Assembly (NCBI GenBank): GCA_051294905.1
Contig: CM119372.1
Coordinates: 5,952,001 to 6,016,000 of the forward strand
Direction: 5' to 3'
Source of the DNA: Botryllus schlosseri
Lineage: Eukaryota
Length of the DNA stretch: 64,000 bases
The notes under the pieces were generated by a model. That model made no database searches. It worked only from the letters and a program-made list of their open reading frames with translations, and had not been told where the DNA came from. Of this stretch, positions 39,601 to 54,600 are shown in pieces. The translations under genes and the position numbers were made by a program. Each line of letters begins with the position of its first letter. Within the stretch, counting starts at the first letter, position 1.

Positions 39601-42600
39601 TTTTCGTTTATGTTTCATTTGTTGTAGGCACATACGATCTTGATCAAGATTCAATGACGTATATAACTTATCCAAGTGACAACTTCACAAAAGCAGAGGC
39701 GGATGAAGCCTGCAATCTATCGTCGGGACATCTCGTTTACATTACAAGCGTCAGTCTGCAGCAATTTTTAGACACAAGAATTAACTACGGTATGCGCCAT
39801 TCATGCCACACCGTTCAAGGTCCTTGTTATACAATGTAGTTGCATTCAGAATACTACATCGGAGCAGTGAAAGATGCAGCTGGTAACTGGACTTGGGGTG
39901 AAAATGGGGATGCCGTTTCACTGGACAATTTCACCTCTACGGCTGGAAATGGAAGCTGCGCAATATCCACCGTGTATGGGTGGAAAGTAGTCGACTGCAA
40001 CGAAACATTCCGATACGTCTGTCAACTGACAGGTGCCTTAGCTGTTGCCGTAGTAGGCTAATGTTTGCAGACAGACAACCAGATCATTGATTACCGAAAT
40101 AGACAAATTGTTCGCCGATATTGTCGTATAACTTAAACGGCGATCATGATCCCGTAAGCTGCACCGGCATTTCAGTATCAGGAACGAAGCCAACCAAAAC
40201 TGATAATTAAACAAGGAAATGACTACAAGCAAAGCTACACTGTAAATATCGGTGTATTCACCAGATTTCCACCATAACGTAGGGAGCAAAGCAGGTCAAT
40301 GGAATTTATTGATACCAAATAACGCTTCTACACCTATTCCTAGGGTTGCATTTAAAACAAATATTTGTTTAAAACACTTTGTTTGAAACATGTTTTAAAC
40401 CAGGGGTCTCAAGCACTCGGCCCGTGAGAACATTTTGTGCGGCCCGAGACGGGATTGTGGAATTTCAAGCATTCGACAATATTTTCAAGTGCCACATATC
40501 AATATCACTGAAATCTCAACAAACTACACCATCACATCACTTTGAAAAGCTACTATGCGGTAGAAGATCAGCTAATACGTCACATTTCTAGTTTATGATG
40601 ATAAAACATGACCCGTTGATGATTCGTGACTGAAAATTGTGATTCGGTTTGGTGCGACCTTTCGTAAAATTACTCGATTTCAGATTGACTGGGTGATTAA
40701 ATAAAAATGACTCGAGTTGGGTCAGGCCAAACGTTAAAATCAGAGAGGGACTTGAGACTAGGAACGGTAATCCTACGGACGCAACAATGTTTGAAACTGT
40801 TATCGGTAATAGTAATATATCAAAAGGTCGTAGCTTGCGCTGCGTAGGATATAGCTATCTAATGAGATCAGTATGGCAACCATCGGCCTTATGTGACCCC
40901 CGTGACGTATAGCTGGTTACATGCTGGGTGTTGTTTGTTCTCTTTATCCATGTTATTATCGGTGGCGAGTAAGGTAGTCGCTCCACAGCTGTAACACCAA
41001 TGAATTCATCGGCGATTGGGCATTTCTATTCCAGGGGTTCTTAACCAGGGTCCGTAGACCCATTCGGGGTACGAAGCACCACATCAGAGGATACAGGGTA
41101 CGAGATGCATTTTGGAATTAGGCCTATATGATGTGGAATATTTTCTTGGCCAATTTATTGAACTGGAAAATGGTCTTTGCGCTACGCGCGATTTTATGTG
41201 TATGGGATTTCTGATTTTAATATAGGTACCATCAAATATTGTTTTGAAAATGAACAGGGTCTACGAGAAATCTTATTGGAAGCACGAGGGGTACGATCGC
41301 TAAAGTTTAGAAACAATGCTATTACTATGACTCAATATTGGTTATATTTAAGCTGTTATTGATATGTTCCAATAATAATCAAAGGCAAAATCGAACGCTG
41401 ATTTAATTTGACTTTGGCAATGACAGTAGCCATGGCCATAAGTATACTTATCACGACTATATCAAAACCAGGATTGGGCTACACCGCTCAAATGCTCTGA
41501 TATCAGATCAATCTCCAGTAGATTTTAAAATATTCTACATAATATTGTGACACGTCAAAGTTCCTCTAGCTGCAATATTATAACCCGACAATTTGATAAC
41601 GTCATGATGCATCCTCTCGCATGATGTCTATAACTCATTATATTACCAAATTATGTCGGGCACAAAAACAATTTTTATTCAGATATTTGAAAATGTGATT
41701 TTTTTCGAGTCAGACGTGAATAGTAGAATAGCAAATTACATTTTCACGATGTTTGTGGAATGCCTGTATGCAAGCTTTCGTCAAATAATGCCTACTTGGG
41801 AACTATACATTGAATATCCCTATTATTGATGCTGCGTCCCGCGGCGTCATCATAAACGCAAATTTTCGCTCCCCTCCAATATTTACGGATGAAAAAAAAG
41901 ACATATACACGGTTAATTGATTCGCGTCCACTTTCCGTTGAGGTGACCTTTTTTAGTCAAGTTTTGTATCATATGCAGAATAAGCCGTTGCCACGTGTAT
42001 ATTTCGGCTGTGTTAATTAAATATATCTCACACGACGTTCTAACATTTTCGGCGCCACCGCCCCCTTTGGTATTTTCGCCCATTTGTTTCTCAGAATGGC
42101 CCACTGGGGGGCGATATCGCCCACGTTGGGAACCACTAGTCCAGAGGTCTCAAACTCAAATGTGCTTGCGGGCCAATTTCCTAGTTTTAGATGACTGCGC
42201 GGGCCGCAGCATCAGTAATAGGGATATTCAATGTTTAGTTTTCAAGTAGGCCTTATTTGACGAGACCTTGCAGACAGGCATTCCACAAACACCGTGGAAA
42301 TGTAATTTAATATTGTACTGTTCACGCTTGACACGGAAGAAAATCACATTTTAAAATATTTGAATAAAATTGTTTTTGTGGCGGGCCTAATTTTTATATT
42401 TAGTGAGTTATAGACATCATGCGAGAAGATGCATCATGACATCGTAAAACTGTCGGGTTATATATTGCAGCTAGTGGACCTATGACGTGCCACAATTTTA
42501 TGTAGAATATTTTAAAATCTACTGAAGATTGATATGCTATCAGAGCATTTGAGCGGTGTAGCCTAATTCTGGTTTTGATATAGTCATGATAAGTATAGGC

Positions 42601-45600
42601 TATTGTTACTGTCATCGCCAAAGTCAAATTAAATCAGCGTTACATTTTGCCTTCGATTATTATTGGAACATATCAATAACAGCTTAAATATAATCATTAT
42701 TGAGCCGTAGTAATAGCATTGCTTCTTAACCTTTTTAGCCATCGTGCCCTTGTGCCTACAATAAGATTTTTCTTGGTCCATTTTCAAAACAATTTCTGAT
42801 GATATACCTATATTAAAATCAGAAAGCCCATTCACATAAAATCGCGTGTAGCGCGAACACTATTTTCCAGCTGAATAAATTGGCCCCGAAAATATTCCAC
42901 AGCATATAGGCCTAATTCTACAATTCATCTCGTACACCCTGATTTAGTGCTTCGTACCCCGATGGCGTCTACGGACCCTAGTTATAAACCCCTGGAATTG
43001 AAATGTCCAATCGACGAAGAATTCATTGGTGTTACAAATGAAGAGCGTACTACTACTACCTAGGGATGGTGTGAACGTGAGGTTCACGTTCGCGTTCTGT
43101 GTGTGAACCTCGGAAGTTTCGAGGTTCACGTTCACAAACGAACCTTGGTAGGTTCTGCACTGTGAACCTTTTTCATGGGTTACAATTTTTTACGTCATTA
43201 TAACATTTTGGTTGAAATTATTTGCACTCCTACTTTGCACCACTCTATGCATGACGCTGGAAGGATAAACAAAATCAACATCGAACTGGAATGCACCTTG
43301 CCAATCTCAAAAATTTGCTCGAAATATCCCGCTTTCCGTTTGTAAATATTTCGTTGTGAGCCTGACCTGCGCTCACACAACATCAAGAGCGAAATATACT
43401 ACATGTAAGTAGTCAGCGGATAATTCTTACTGAACCAATCAAAGAAATTGCCATCGTTGTCTGATATGAAAAAAAATCTAGCAGGCGTACGGGGTCAATC
43501 TTGATATCATATGTTATTGTATCATAAAAACCAAATCTCTGCGATGGGGGTGTTTGCTACTTCTGATTAACTTGGTAATGGAATAATATCGGTATCGGTT
43601 TAACACTCTGCTCAATATCAACGAAGCAATACTTAGACGGAGAATAGATTGTCCGGTCTGACCTATACCCTAAGCTTATATTCCCTTGCAAGTCCTCGTC
43701 GAAATTGTTGGCAAAGTAAGGGAAGATATTGATTTTACTTCAGGATTGTGGCATTATGTGGCCCAAGTCGTCGCTAGATATCATGTACATTAACATAGGC
43801 TATATAGTAGTAGTATAGTATAAGCTAATATAGGGTTGGAATTAGCAATATGACGTCACGTGACGTCATAAAGTTCACGTTCGTCTTCACACAGAACCTT
43901 TCTAAAAGGTTCGCGTTCACACGAACCTGAACCTTTCAGAGGTTCACACCATCCCTACTACTACCTTACTCCCCACCGATAATAACATGGATAAAGAAAG
44001 TAAATAACACCCTGCATGTAGCCAACTATACGTCACGTGGGTCACAGAATACCAATAATCGTCATACTCGCCTGATTAGATAGCTATAGACCCTACGCAA
44101 CGCAAGCTACGACCTTTTGATATAATACTACTCCCCACGACAGTTCCATATATTGTTGCATCCGTAGGATTACCAAGTCACCGTTCCGAGTCGCAAGTCC
44201 TTCTCTAATTTAAACCTCTGACCCGACTCAACTCAATTAATTTTTATTTAATCACCCAGTCAATCCGAAATCGAGTAATTTTACGAGAAGGTCGCACCAA
44301 ACCAAATCACAATTTCCAATCACGAATCATGAACGGGTCATGTTTTGTCATCATGAACTAGAAATGTGACGTAAAAGCTGATCTTCTACCACATGGTAGC
44401 TTTTAAAAGTGATATGATAGGGAAATTTACGAGATTTCAGTGATTTTTATAGTAGTTTTAGCGTGAACTTCAAGTTCTTATGTCTAAAAATGATATATGG
44501 AACTTGAATATATTGTTGAATACTTGAAATTCCAAAATGCCGTCGCGGGCCGCACAAAATGCTCTCGCGGGCCGCGTGTTTGAGACCTCTGCACTAGTCT
44601 ATACTCATTACGCAGTGGCGCCTTTATGCCAGTTTCGCCATTGAACATGAAGAGATCCATCCATCTGAAATGACATATCCCTTTGATTTTGACTGTTGCA
44701 TGATAGCTGGTGATGTACGCAACAGTTGCCGACGCTCACACAGCGTCTTTACGTTGAACGACTCATCGCCATCAATCATTTCTCACACTCCATTTTGCCG
44801 CTTATACCCTTTCGTAATCATCCCCAGGCAAATTTTGTATCCCTGATACAGATTTTGTGGAGACATGCTGCATGCCTAGTGTGCCTCTGCTTTTACAGCG
44901 GGACCATGCTCAACGTCTAACTCAGAGGTCTCAAACTCAAATGTGCTCGCAGGCCAATTTCCTACTTTTTGATGGCACCGCGGGCCGCAGCATGAGTAAT
45001 AGCGGAATTCAATGTATTTCCAAGTAAGCCTCATTTGAGGGGACCTTGCAGACTGACATTCCACACGCATCTTGAAAATGTGATTTACTATCGTTAGTTC
45101 ACACTTGGCTCGAAAAAAGAACATTTTTAAATGTTTGAATAAAATTGTTTCTGTACTTGGATAGTTAGTCAAAATAATTAGTTGTAGACACCAGGCGAGA
45201 GTACCAATGCATCAGGGCATCGTAAAAGCTGTCACGTTATAATTTTGCAGCCAATGGACATTTGACGTGTCGCAATTATAGGTAGAATATTAGAATTTTA
45301 CAAAGATTGATCTGATATCAGAGCATTGGAGCAGTACAGTCTAATCCGGGCTTCGGGTACACTCCTGATAACTATAGGCTATTAATCATGTCATTATCAA
45401 AGTCAAATTTATTCAGCGTTAGATTTACCTTCAAATATTTGAACAGATCAATAACAACTTGAATATAATGATTACTGTGACATAGTAATAGAAATGTCCA
45501 ATCGCCGAAGAATCCATTTGTGTTACAGCTGTGCAGCGTAAACTACGACTACTTTATACTCGTCACATTTAATTGGCGATATTACCATAGATAAAGATAC

Positions 45601-48600
45601 ACAAGATGACACAGGATGTAACCAACTATATATCAAAAGGGCAACATAATGCCACTGGTTGCCATACCCTCCTGCTTAGATATCTAAATAAGCTACGAAA
45701 CGCAAGCTACGACCTTTTAATATTTTACTATTTTCCATACCAGTATGATAGTTTGTTGCGTCCGTGGTTTTTCCAAGTAACGGCGTTCCGAGTCACAAAA
45801 GTCCTTCTCTGATTGTATCTTTTGACGTGACTCAACTCGAGTCATTTTTATTTTATCACCCGGTGAGTCCGAGTTCGAGTAATTCTACAAAAGGTCGCGC
45901 CCAAGTCCAAATCACAATTTTCAGTACGAATTATCAACTTGTCATGTTTAACCAACCATCATAAACAAATAATGTCACGTAATAGGTAATCTTCCTCAGC
46001 GTCGTAACTTTTGAAAGTGATGTAATAGTGAAATTTGATGAGTAGTTTAAGGCTTCTGGAGCAGTTTTAGAGCGAATTTTAAGTTCTCAAATTAGGAAAA
46101 AAATTGGCAGTTAAATATTGTCGAATACTTCGAAATCCAAAATGACCTCGCGGGCCGCACAAAATGGTCTCGCGGACCTCTGGTCTAATTCAACGTTTCG
46201 TTAAATTCTAGCGTCTGGTTATCCAACGGATGTAAAAGCCACCACACAACATTGCGAGCCCCGTCTTATTAACGTATCGTGGGAGGCTGCCGATGATCGA
46301 TTTCTATCGACGCTGTATCGAGTCAATTTTACCAGCATGAATTCAACAGAACACAGCCACATCGATACCATTAGTATGGATTCGAGTCCACAAGTATATA
46401 GTTTCCGTGATGCGAAAGCAAACACAGAATATCAAATTGAGGTAACAGTACCTCCCAATTTGATGTGTACAAAGTATAACTTTACCTTTCTAATATCAGT
46501 TGTATGCGGCTGTCGACGTCTGCCTTCCTCAATACACACCGATGGAGATGAGGTTAGCTACGACAGGATTCGATAAGCCAGAGAAAGTGCGCGATGTATC
46601 GATGTCTAACATGGAAAGTAATGATGTATGCTCCTTATCGTGGAGCTATGACGAAACATTCCAGTGGCAAATTGAATCCTATCAAGTGAGATTTCTGTTA
46701 TTTCCATACAATACGTAAATGTATGTTGCTAGCCAGCTCACAGATTTCGAGACTTCAATGATGAAGTTAACATACTTACTTTAACGACACAGAACAATCC
46801 CCTTTTCATACTGCGTTTGGCCCTTATAGAAAAAATTGTTTAACTGTAGGTGACACCAACGGTTACTTCCGATATTCGCCCTTGTTGTATTACTGTTATT
46901 TTTATTGTAATCTACCTGCATACCAAATATCCATGGAAAATATTGTAGTCATGCAGAATGAATATTCTACAAAGCCGGTTACGTTGAATGCCCAGTGTCT
47001 CGAACTATGATGATGTCGCGGTGTTCATACCGAAGATTTGAGGCTGTCCCAACTCACCGCGCCCCCTTTGCCACACGTGTTCAGTTTTCATGCGATTTTC
47101 GCTAATTATGTCATAGATTTCAATAGATTGAAAGAGCTGTTTTTCACGTTTCTCCTTATTCGATTGTTCACCCAATGTCTACAGGTAAAAGTAACGGAGA
47201 TGGAGGTGAGCACTGGCGATTCAAGAACTCGGAGTGACCTATGCAACCCTGGAGCCAATACATCGTGTGTGTTCGAGATGCAACCGAATTCCAGATACAA
47301 CGCCAGCATCAAAGCGATATCGTCTTGTGATGTTTTAGGAGAAGCCGTAGTCGCGTCAGGCAGCTGTGAATCAGACGTCGCAGGTACAGCACCCACTTAA
47401 CGAATACGGACACTTTTTACCTACTTATCCCGTCCACGCGTAGCCCCCGAAGAATTAGCTGTTGTGGTGGAGCCCGCCAACGGCGAAGTCGACGCTAGGA
47501 ACGGCTTCACGATTACTGTGCTACCGCAAGATCAAAGAAACGGAATCATAAGGTATAATTTAAAACCGAAGTACACGTACAAAATAACGTGTAATTGCGC
47601 AAGTAACATGTAAGAAAATCGTTTTAGCTGCATCTTTGTCTACGTGACGGTCGACGACTCAGCAGACGCAAGCAATAATCGGATACCACATAGTAACTCC
47701 CTCGATACTGTCGCTGGCGAATCTCGTGTACACGCTTCTGAAAAGTAGGTGCATCATATGCGTGTTTAGAACCGACATTCCGGGACATCGCGATCCGTAT
47801 GCTTACAGGGCAGCTGATGGGTTCCAATTTACAATTGGAGCCAACACATCCCCGTCGTCGTGCGACACGAACCCGACATCGAGAAAAAAAAGGGCGACTG
47901 TCGGATCGAACAAGGGCAAAGTATCTGCGCAAAACATTGAACTGAAACCTAATAAATTCTATCGCTACTACCTGAAATCCACCACGCCGAATGGCACCGA
48001 CTTTTATATCATTCAATCAAGTGAAATCTCCAGTATAATTGCTACGAGTAAGAAATAGAAATCGCACTCATTTGAATATACCCGGCACCGTGTTATGTAT
48101 ATACAGACTACTACGCATGGATTGCTGCAATCGTGGTGCCTCTTTTTCTTATCGGAGTTGCGATCGCATTCTACTTCTGGTACAAGAAGTAAGGCAACAG
48201 AAATACACCTTGTATTGTTATTCTTCGTTACTCCGAGTATCAATATTCAAGGAATTATGAAGTTTTTGGGATGCCATTCTGATTCAAGCCGACCAAATGC
48301 CGTGTTTTGCTGCGATAGATCGGTTATTTTCAGAATATCTCTGCTCCTTGCTATACATTATCACGAGTGATAGGTTTTGTAAATGCTTGTTAACGTCAAT
48401 GCATCATATTTACATTCTTCTTGTATCGTGTGACATGTAACAACACGGCGTATCAGCGCTGAAATGACTTAACTCGAGTCGCAATTTTTCGTTGACTCGA
48501 CTTGACTCGAGTCGCTTTCTTAAAAACGGAAAATGATTCGACTTGAGTCTTAACACTATGACTCGGACTCGACCCGTTGCTCCCTCCTTAGACTCGGACT

Positions 48601-51600
48601 TGACTCGGTTGTGAATTGAAAATGACTCGACTTGACTCGAGTGAAAACTATAAAAGTGAAATTGACTTGGGACTCGGTACCTTGTGACTTGGTTACAGCC
48701 CTGCGACGTACAATTTCAGAATGAATGATTTCTCCAGTCGTAAATTTAGGCTAGGCTGTTGCTGCCATCTTGTAGTTTACATCACATTGTTATCATCATG
48801 ATGTGTATACGGATGACTTCTCATGCAGTGATGATTCTGTATATTAAAACACTTCTGTATTCCTCACATTCATTGACGTTGGCGATGAAAATTAATGATT
48901 TCCCAGCTGTTCTTCCGGTTTTCTTTGTTGTCACGGCCATCAATACCGAAAACAACACTGATGTTGATTTTTAAGGAGACAGAAGCCTGACAACGATGTT
49001 TATACGCCCAGACCCGAGTCCGGGACCCAGTTCGCCTCTACAAGTACGTTCCGAGTAGGCACATCGCAACTGCGTGCAATAAAGTAAATTGGAACGTTAC
49101 AGATTTGGCCATGGTCGATCCGATCTATGACGAACCGAACGAAAATGTCATCAGACCTCCGCCCCCGAATCGACTAAACTCGCGAGACCTGAAACAGACA
49201 TACGAGCACAAATGCAGAGATGACTTCAGATTATTGCGAGACGAATTCAAGGTTACATTAGAGATTTACACTCTACACGCAAGATTCAAGTCATTGTTAA
49301 TATTATATTTTTTATTGTTCTTAACATACCTTCGGTACTTATAGCCTGCCTTCGGAGAAATTGTGTCGCTAAGTCGAGTCAAAGGTAATCCTCCATTGCA
49401 ATTCGGTTGAGACTAGGGAGTGATCGAGTTGATAATGATAGTTGGAAATTGTGGAAATCCGCCATCTTTTTCAATCTGAAAAGCGGAAAGCCTCGTTGAC
49501 TGTGCATCCCGAATACGAAAATTCTATTTCAAATACGGGCTTGATTACAACCAATGGTGATACGTAACGAAGTACCTGTACTTGTCTACTTGCCTACTTG
49601 CACTATAACCCTCTCAAATGGTTGTGAATTTAGACTATTTACACGTCTACTTCTACATATTTTAGTCAAAACTATAGTTACTTTGTAAACTTTATATTTT
49701 GTAAAGTGGAAAATAGTTATGGGATATGCTTGCATTGCTTTTATGAAAGAAATTGTCACGACACCGACTGAAATAGCATCTGTAATGGGGCAACTGAACA
49801 TATAATTTCTAAAAGTACACATTTTCACATTGTCACTTGTCATGTTCTGTTAGCCACGACTATATGCATCATTCAATTTCGAAATTAGCCATCTATGATT
49901 GACTACTAATATGCGCCACATATTACAAACTACTTACTTACTTATCTTGGGAATCCCTAGCTTCTATACTTGTAATCAAGTTGAAATTTACGAGGGTCGC
50001 GATGCTGATTAGTTTGATCAACTCTGTTTACACCTCGATGATTGCTAAGACTTTGAGCCGAACTGGCGTACCTTTACGCAAAATCTATTGCACCCTATCT
50101 GCTGGTAAGCATGGGGATGTATTAATCGTCTTCACATAATATAATTGTCTGTCAGAGATAACGCGCTCGCCGTAACATATATGGATCCACTCCATTCGAA
50201 TCCCCTATAATAATTTAATGGAGTATAGTCGACCCTACATGGAAATATACGACTTACTTTCAACCGTACACTTCGTGTATCTTTAATATTTCAATATTAT
50301 TATTATAACGTATAAAATGATGTTAATAGCGCTTGTCGCTATTAAAGCTTTCGCATCAGAGAAATAAGAATTTATATGACTTTACGACAGTTCCACACAT
50401 AGACTATACCAACATATGTACATATGTAAGGGCAGTGTAATTACGTCTCAGGATGTGTAATGTTGCTGTGACCATCTGCATAGTACAGGTGACGATACAT
50501 TATGGCTATCGGTACCGACAAAAACATGACCAAATGACCATACACAATGAATTCGAAGCAGATCTAAATTCGCTACCGTCAATAGTGAGATCATTCCCAC
50601 AGAACACCAGAAGTCACGATGTAATCTGATTATATATATACCTGAAGTATTCTTAATTGCTAAAGCTATAGAAACGATCGGCCACCATGACTCGAATTTC
50701 GTTACAGAAAGTCAAAGATGCAGCCAGGCAGTTAGACGACAGCTTCAAAGAGGCCAAGGGTTACCGAGGGCTGAACCGGTTTGTCAACATTTTGCCAGGT
50801 AAGACGAATTTACAATCAAGGGCGAGCAAATGAAAAGCGTTCTCCCACCACAGCAAAAGACCACCGAGTCCGGATCACACCGTCACAGGAAAACTCCCAG
50901 GGATTTATCAACGCTTCTTACATTGCCGTAAGAGTGGAAAACACCCAGTCGATTTTTCGATAGCGATCCAATTTTGTGTTGCAGGGATATAAGCAGGAGA
51001 AGAAATTCATAGCGACGCAAGGGCCGAAACCAAACACGATCGCGGACTTTTGGCAAATGATTTGGGAACATAACGTGGAAGCTATTGTAATGTTGACGAA
51101 CGTAGACGAAAACGGAAAAGTAAATATACATTACACGCGCATAGTTATCGTTCTGTTTGCATGGCACCAGCGCGCCCAGTAGACTGCCTCACAAGTCAAC
51201 AAAACAGTAATGGTGGTATAGTTAATATTAAAAATATGGCATGCAGAGTTGAAGATGAGAAATTGGATGAATTAAACAAAAAATAAATGTCTCTACTATA
51301 GATCAATGAGTGGAAAATTGGTGTATTTATCTATGATTTAAGCCATTGCATGGAGTGTAAATAAGGTAACTGGCGCTTTTACATACCAAATTGTGCTTTC
51401 AAACCCGTTACAATGGGTGAAAATGAGTCGAATACACCAATCCTTGTGGAGTTATATCGCAGGACGTATAGTGGGTTCTGGTTACGTAGTTTTGGGATTT
51501 CCTGGGGAGCTGCACCAACGCAGAACCCACTGTACCCCTGGGATATATATATCCGCGAGAATTTGACTCGATTTCATCCTTCGGAAGAGTTTGAAATAAC

Positions 51601-54600
51601 AACTTGATACATGAAATTGCCGTTTCCTTACACTAGGGTGAAAATCGGCGAAACACAAGATTTTATTATATAGTGTGTAGAGACAATCTCCAATCTACAT
51701 TTCAAATGGTATATTTTGAGTTTCGTTTCGGTTAAATAATGTACATAATGTTGCCGTCAGAGATTTCCGACTGAATTGCAACAACGGCGTTTGCATTTAT
51801 AGGCTAATATAAACATAACGATACAAGGAATAGACTTTTGGGGCGACTGTGAATGAGCCAACAAATATCCTGTATCATTGAATCGTGCTAACATACGCTA
51901 TAGTGTTCAAGGTATGGTCTGAAATCCTGTTACATGCCGTAATGACGTGGCTCTTTTGTTTGCTCGCAAATACCCATATAACGACCGTGTATCGCAGGAA
52001 TGTGAAAGTAAGTTATTTACCTTGGGTCTCTCCGTGACATTATTCGCCTGTTTACATTCGTAATCGTACGTTACACACGAGATTCCTGTACACAGTATAC
52101 TATGCATTGAAATCAGACTTCTGTACGCTTTTATCGCAGAGAAAATGCGAAAAGTACTGGCCGGAGACTTCGGAAACATTTGGACACGGTAGTATCGAGA
52201 TCATCGGTAAGGAGCAGAGTGAATGCGGGCCGATAATTGTGCGCAAATTCTCGATAAAGGACAAAAAGGCGAAAACGGTGAACATAATTGTAAACTTACG
52301 TAGATTGTGGTCAACAGCGACACCTTACGTTCAGGCGAGAGACCTTACGCAGTATCACTACGTTTCTTGGCCGGATCACGGCGTCCCCCTTACCACGTCG
52401 GACCTCTTCAACCTCAGAAGGATTGTCAACCTTGAGTGTCGCGGAAGAAATCCGATCGTGGTCCATTGCAGGTAATGATCATACCTACAGCTCCAGCGCC
52501 AATTAGTCTGAAGATTGGAAGTAACCAGAGGCAGTAGACTGAATACAATTAGAGAAAAACGTACATTGGTTTTCTGGCTCTCGGAAAGCAAGGTATACTG
52601 TATATTACATGAAACGAAAACGTATTTTCCTCTGGCCATGCATAGTTATATGTTCATGACCAGGGGTCGCCAACCTAAAACGACTCGCGGGCCACTTTTC
52701 GAATTTCGTACAGGCCGCAAGAATGCAACATCGATACAAAATAGGCCATATCATTTAGCAACTGGGGTTTCAAAACTTAACGTCAGTACAACACTGTTCT
52801 CTGTAATATTGGAGACGGCATAGTTACCACAGAAGAAATAATATTTTACTAAAGAAATACGAACCCGAAAAAAGTATCATGATAATTACTTTTGATTTGA
52901 ACTATGAGCTTCGCACCATACCTGTAAACGCCTTTAAGCGACTGAAGAATCGATAGTTGGGAAAGCGAGACACGCTACTAGGTGAAAGACTATCTCCCCT
53001 CAATGCCTGATCTTGTGGAGAACCGTAAGACGTTTTCTAGGCGTCTTGGTCTTTGCAGTGTAAATTTCAGCATTTCACCAAAATTTTCTTCCAACATTTC
53101 AAATCTGATCGCGGGTCGGGACTCTGTTATTGACCATTACCATAAGAGAGGTGGCAGTAACGAAGTACTACTCTTCTACAGTGCCAAGTATGTTTTGCCT
53201 ATCTTTACTATACTTACTCGATCGAGAGGGTACGTTTTTTGACGACTTCGACTTCTACTTAACAGTACGTTTCGGTAAAACGACTTAGGGGAGACCGGGG
53301 ACAATTGTAACACTTTTCGTATTTTCCAACATTACGTGTTTTGCTCGTGGAAATTTCACTTCCAAAGTTTTATATAAAGAAGCCAACAACTCGATAGTTG
53401 ATATGAAAACTAAATTGGAACTCAATCAACAATCAATCATGGAAATTTTGGGTCGCAAAAATCGCTGCTCAAATGTTACAATCGCCCCGTACCCAGGGGC
53501 AATTGTACCACCCTTGCGGGGCAATTGTAACAGTGTTATTTATAACTAAACACAAACTAAATGAACAACGAAAACGGAAGCACAAATTGTAATATTGCAT
53601 GGAACTAAAGGAAGATACGTTTGAACGCTTCCAGGCTACGCCCCATCGCATTTATGGCCTCTGAATGCAATATCACCCTTCGTGTCTTGTTCAAGCTTAA
53701 ATTGTACAAGAGACACATTCATTCCATCATCTCCCTACACATATTCGGCCTCTTCTACCAAGGTTCTGTTGTTCAGCGGGCATAATGGCTTGGTCATTCG
53801 GCTACCTGCGAAGGTGCGAAACCGACCTGGCTAACATATCTTGGTTGAATGGGCCGATGATAGTATAGTAAAACGAGGACGCAACATTGTCTGGCGTCAA
53901 AGCTATAATGATATTTATCTGTGCTGTAGGAAATTAACATAAATTGTTCACATCAAATATCAAAATGTAAGTGGGCCATGATCAAAGTCAGAGGACGAGA
54001 ATTAAGCCATGACTATGGAAGTTCGACACACCAAAAGTCGATCAACATGAGAAAGCGTGGTTGAATCACGAAAATAACCGAACCGTCAGATTCACATCAC
54101 CACTATTGTATGGCCGTTTCGACAGATGATCATGTTAGAATTGGTATCGCCAGGCAGTATGTGTTATGGTGAACCTCTGGCTGTTGCAAGATTATTCTGC
54201 AGTAGATGAATGGTAATACCAACATATGAACAAAGACATTCAGAATTGATAACATATTGTAACGAGGCAAAAGTAACAGAGTGTTACGATTGCCCCTGAC
54301 ACGCTCGACCATGATTAGTGTCTCAGTATGGTACCTTCCCGGCGATGCAAGTCCTATTCTTTCCATCACCACGGTAGACTATAGTAACATTGTTCCAGCT
54401 ACACATATTACGTTGTAACTACTTGAGGTACCATTCGTTTAGACAAATTATTCCAGACCAGAAAAACTTTACTCGAGGGTCAAAAATTTCGTTTTTTGCA
54501 AATTATTCCGGGGTTTCGCATCGTAGCTCAACGTAACTCCAGGTATAATAGGAGAGATAACTACTGCATGCGCACTTGAAATATCAAGCTGATTTCTCCA

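Noticed and set aside
52269-52334. GC-AG intron or retained in-frame intron in D1
   Set aside because: A canonical GT donor at 52278 gives a normal 57-nt intron.
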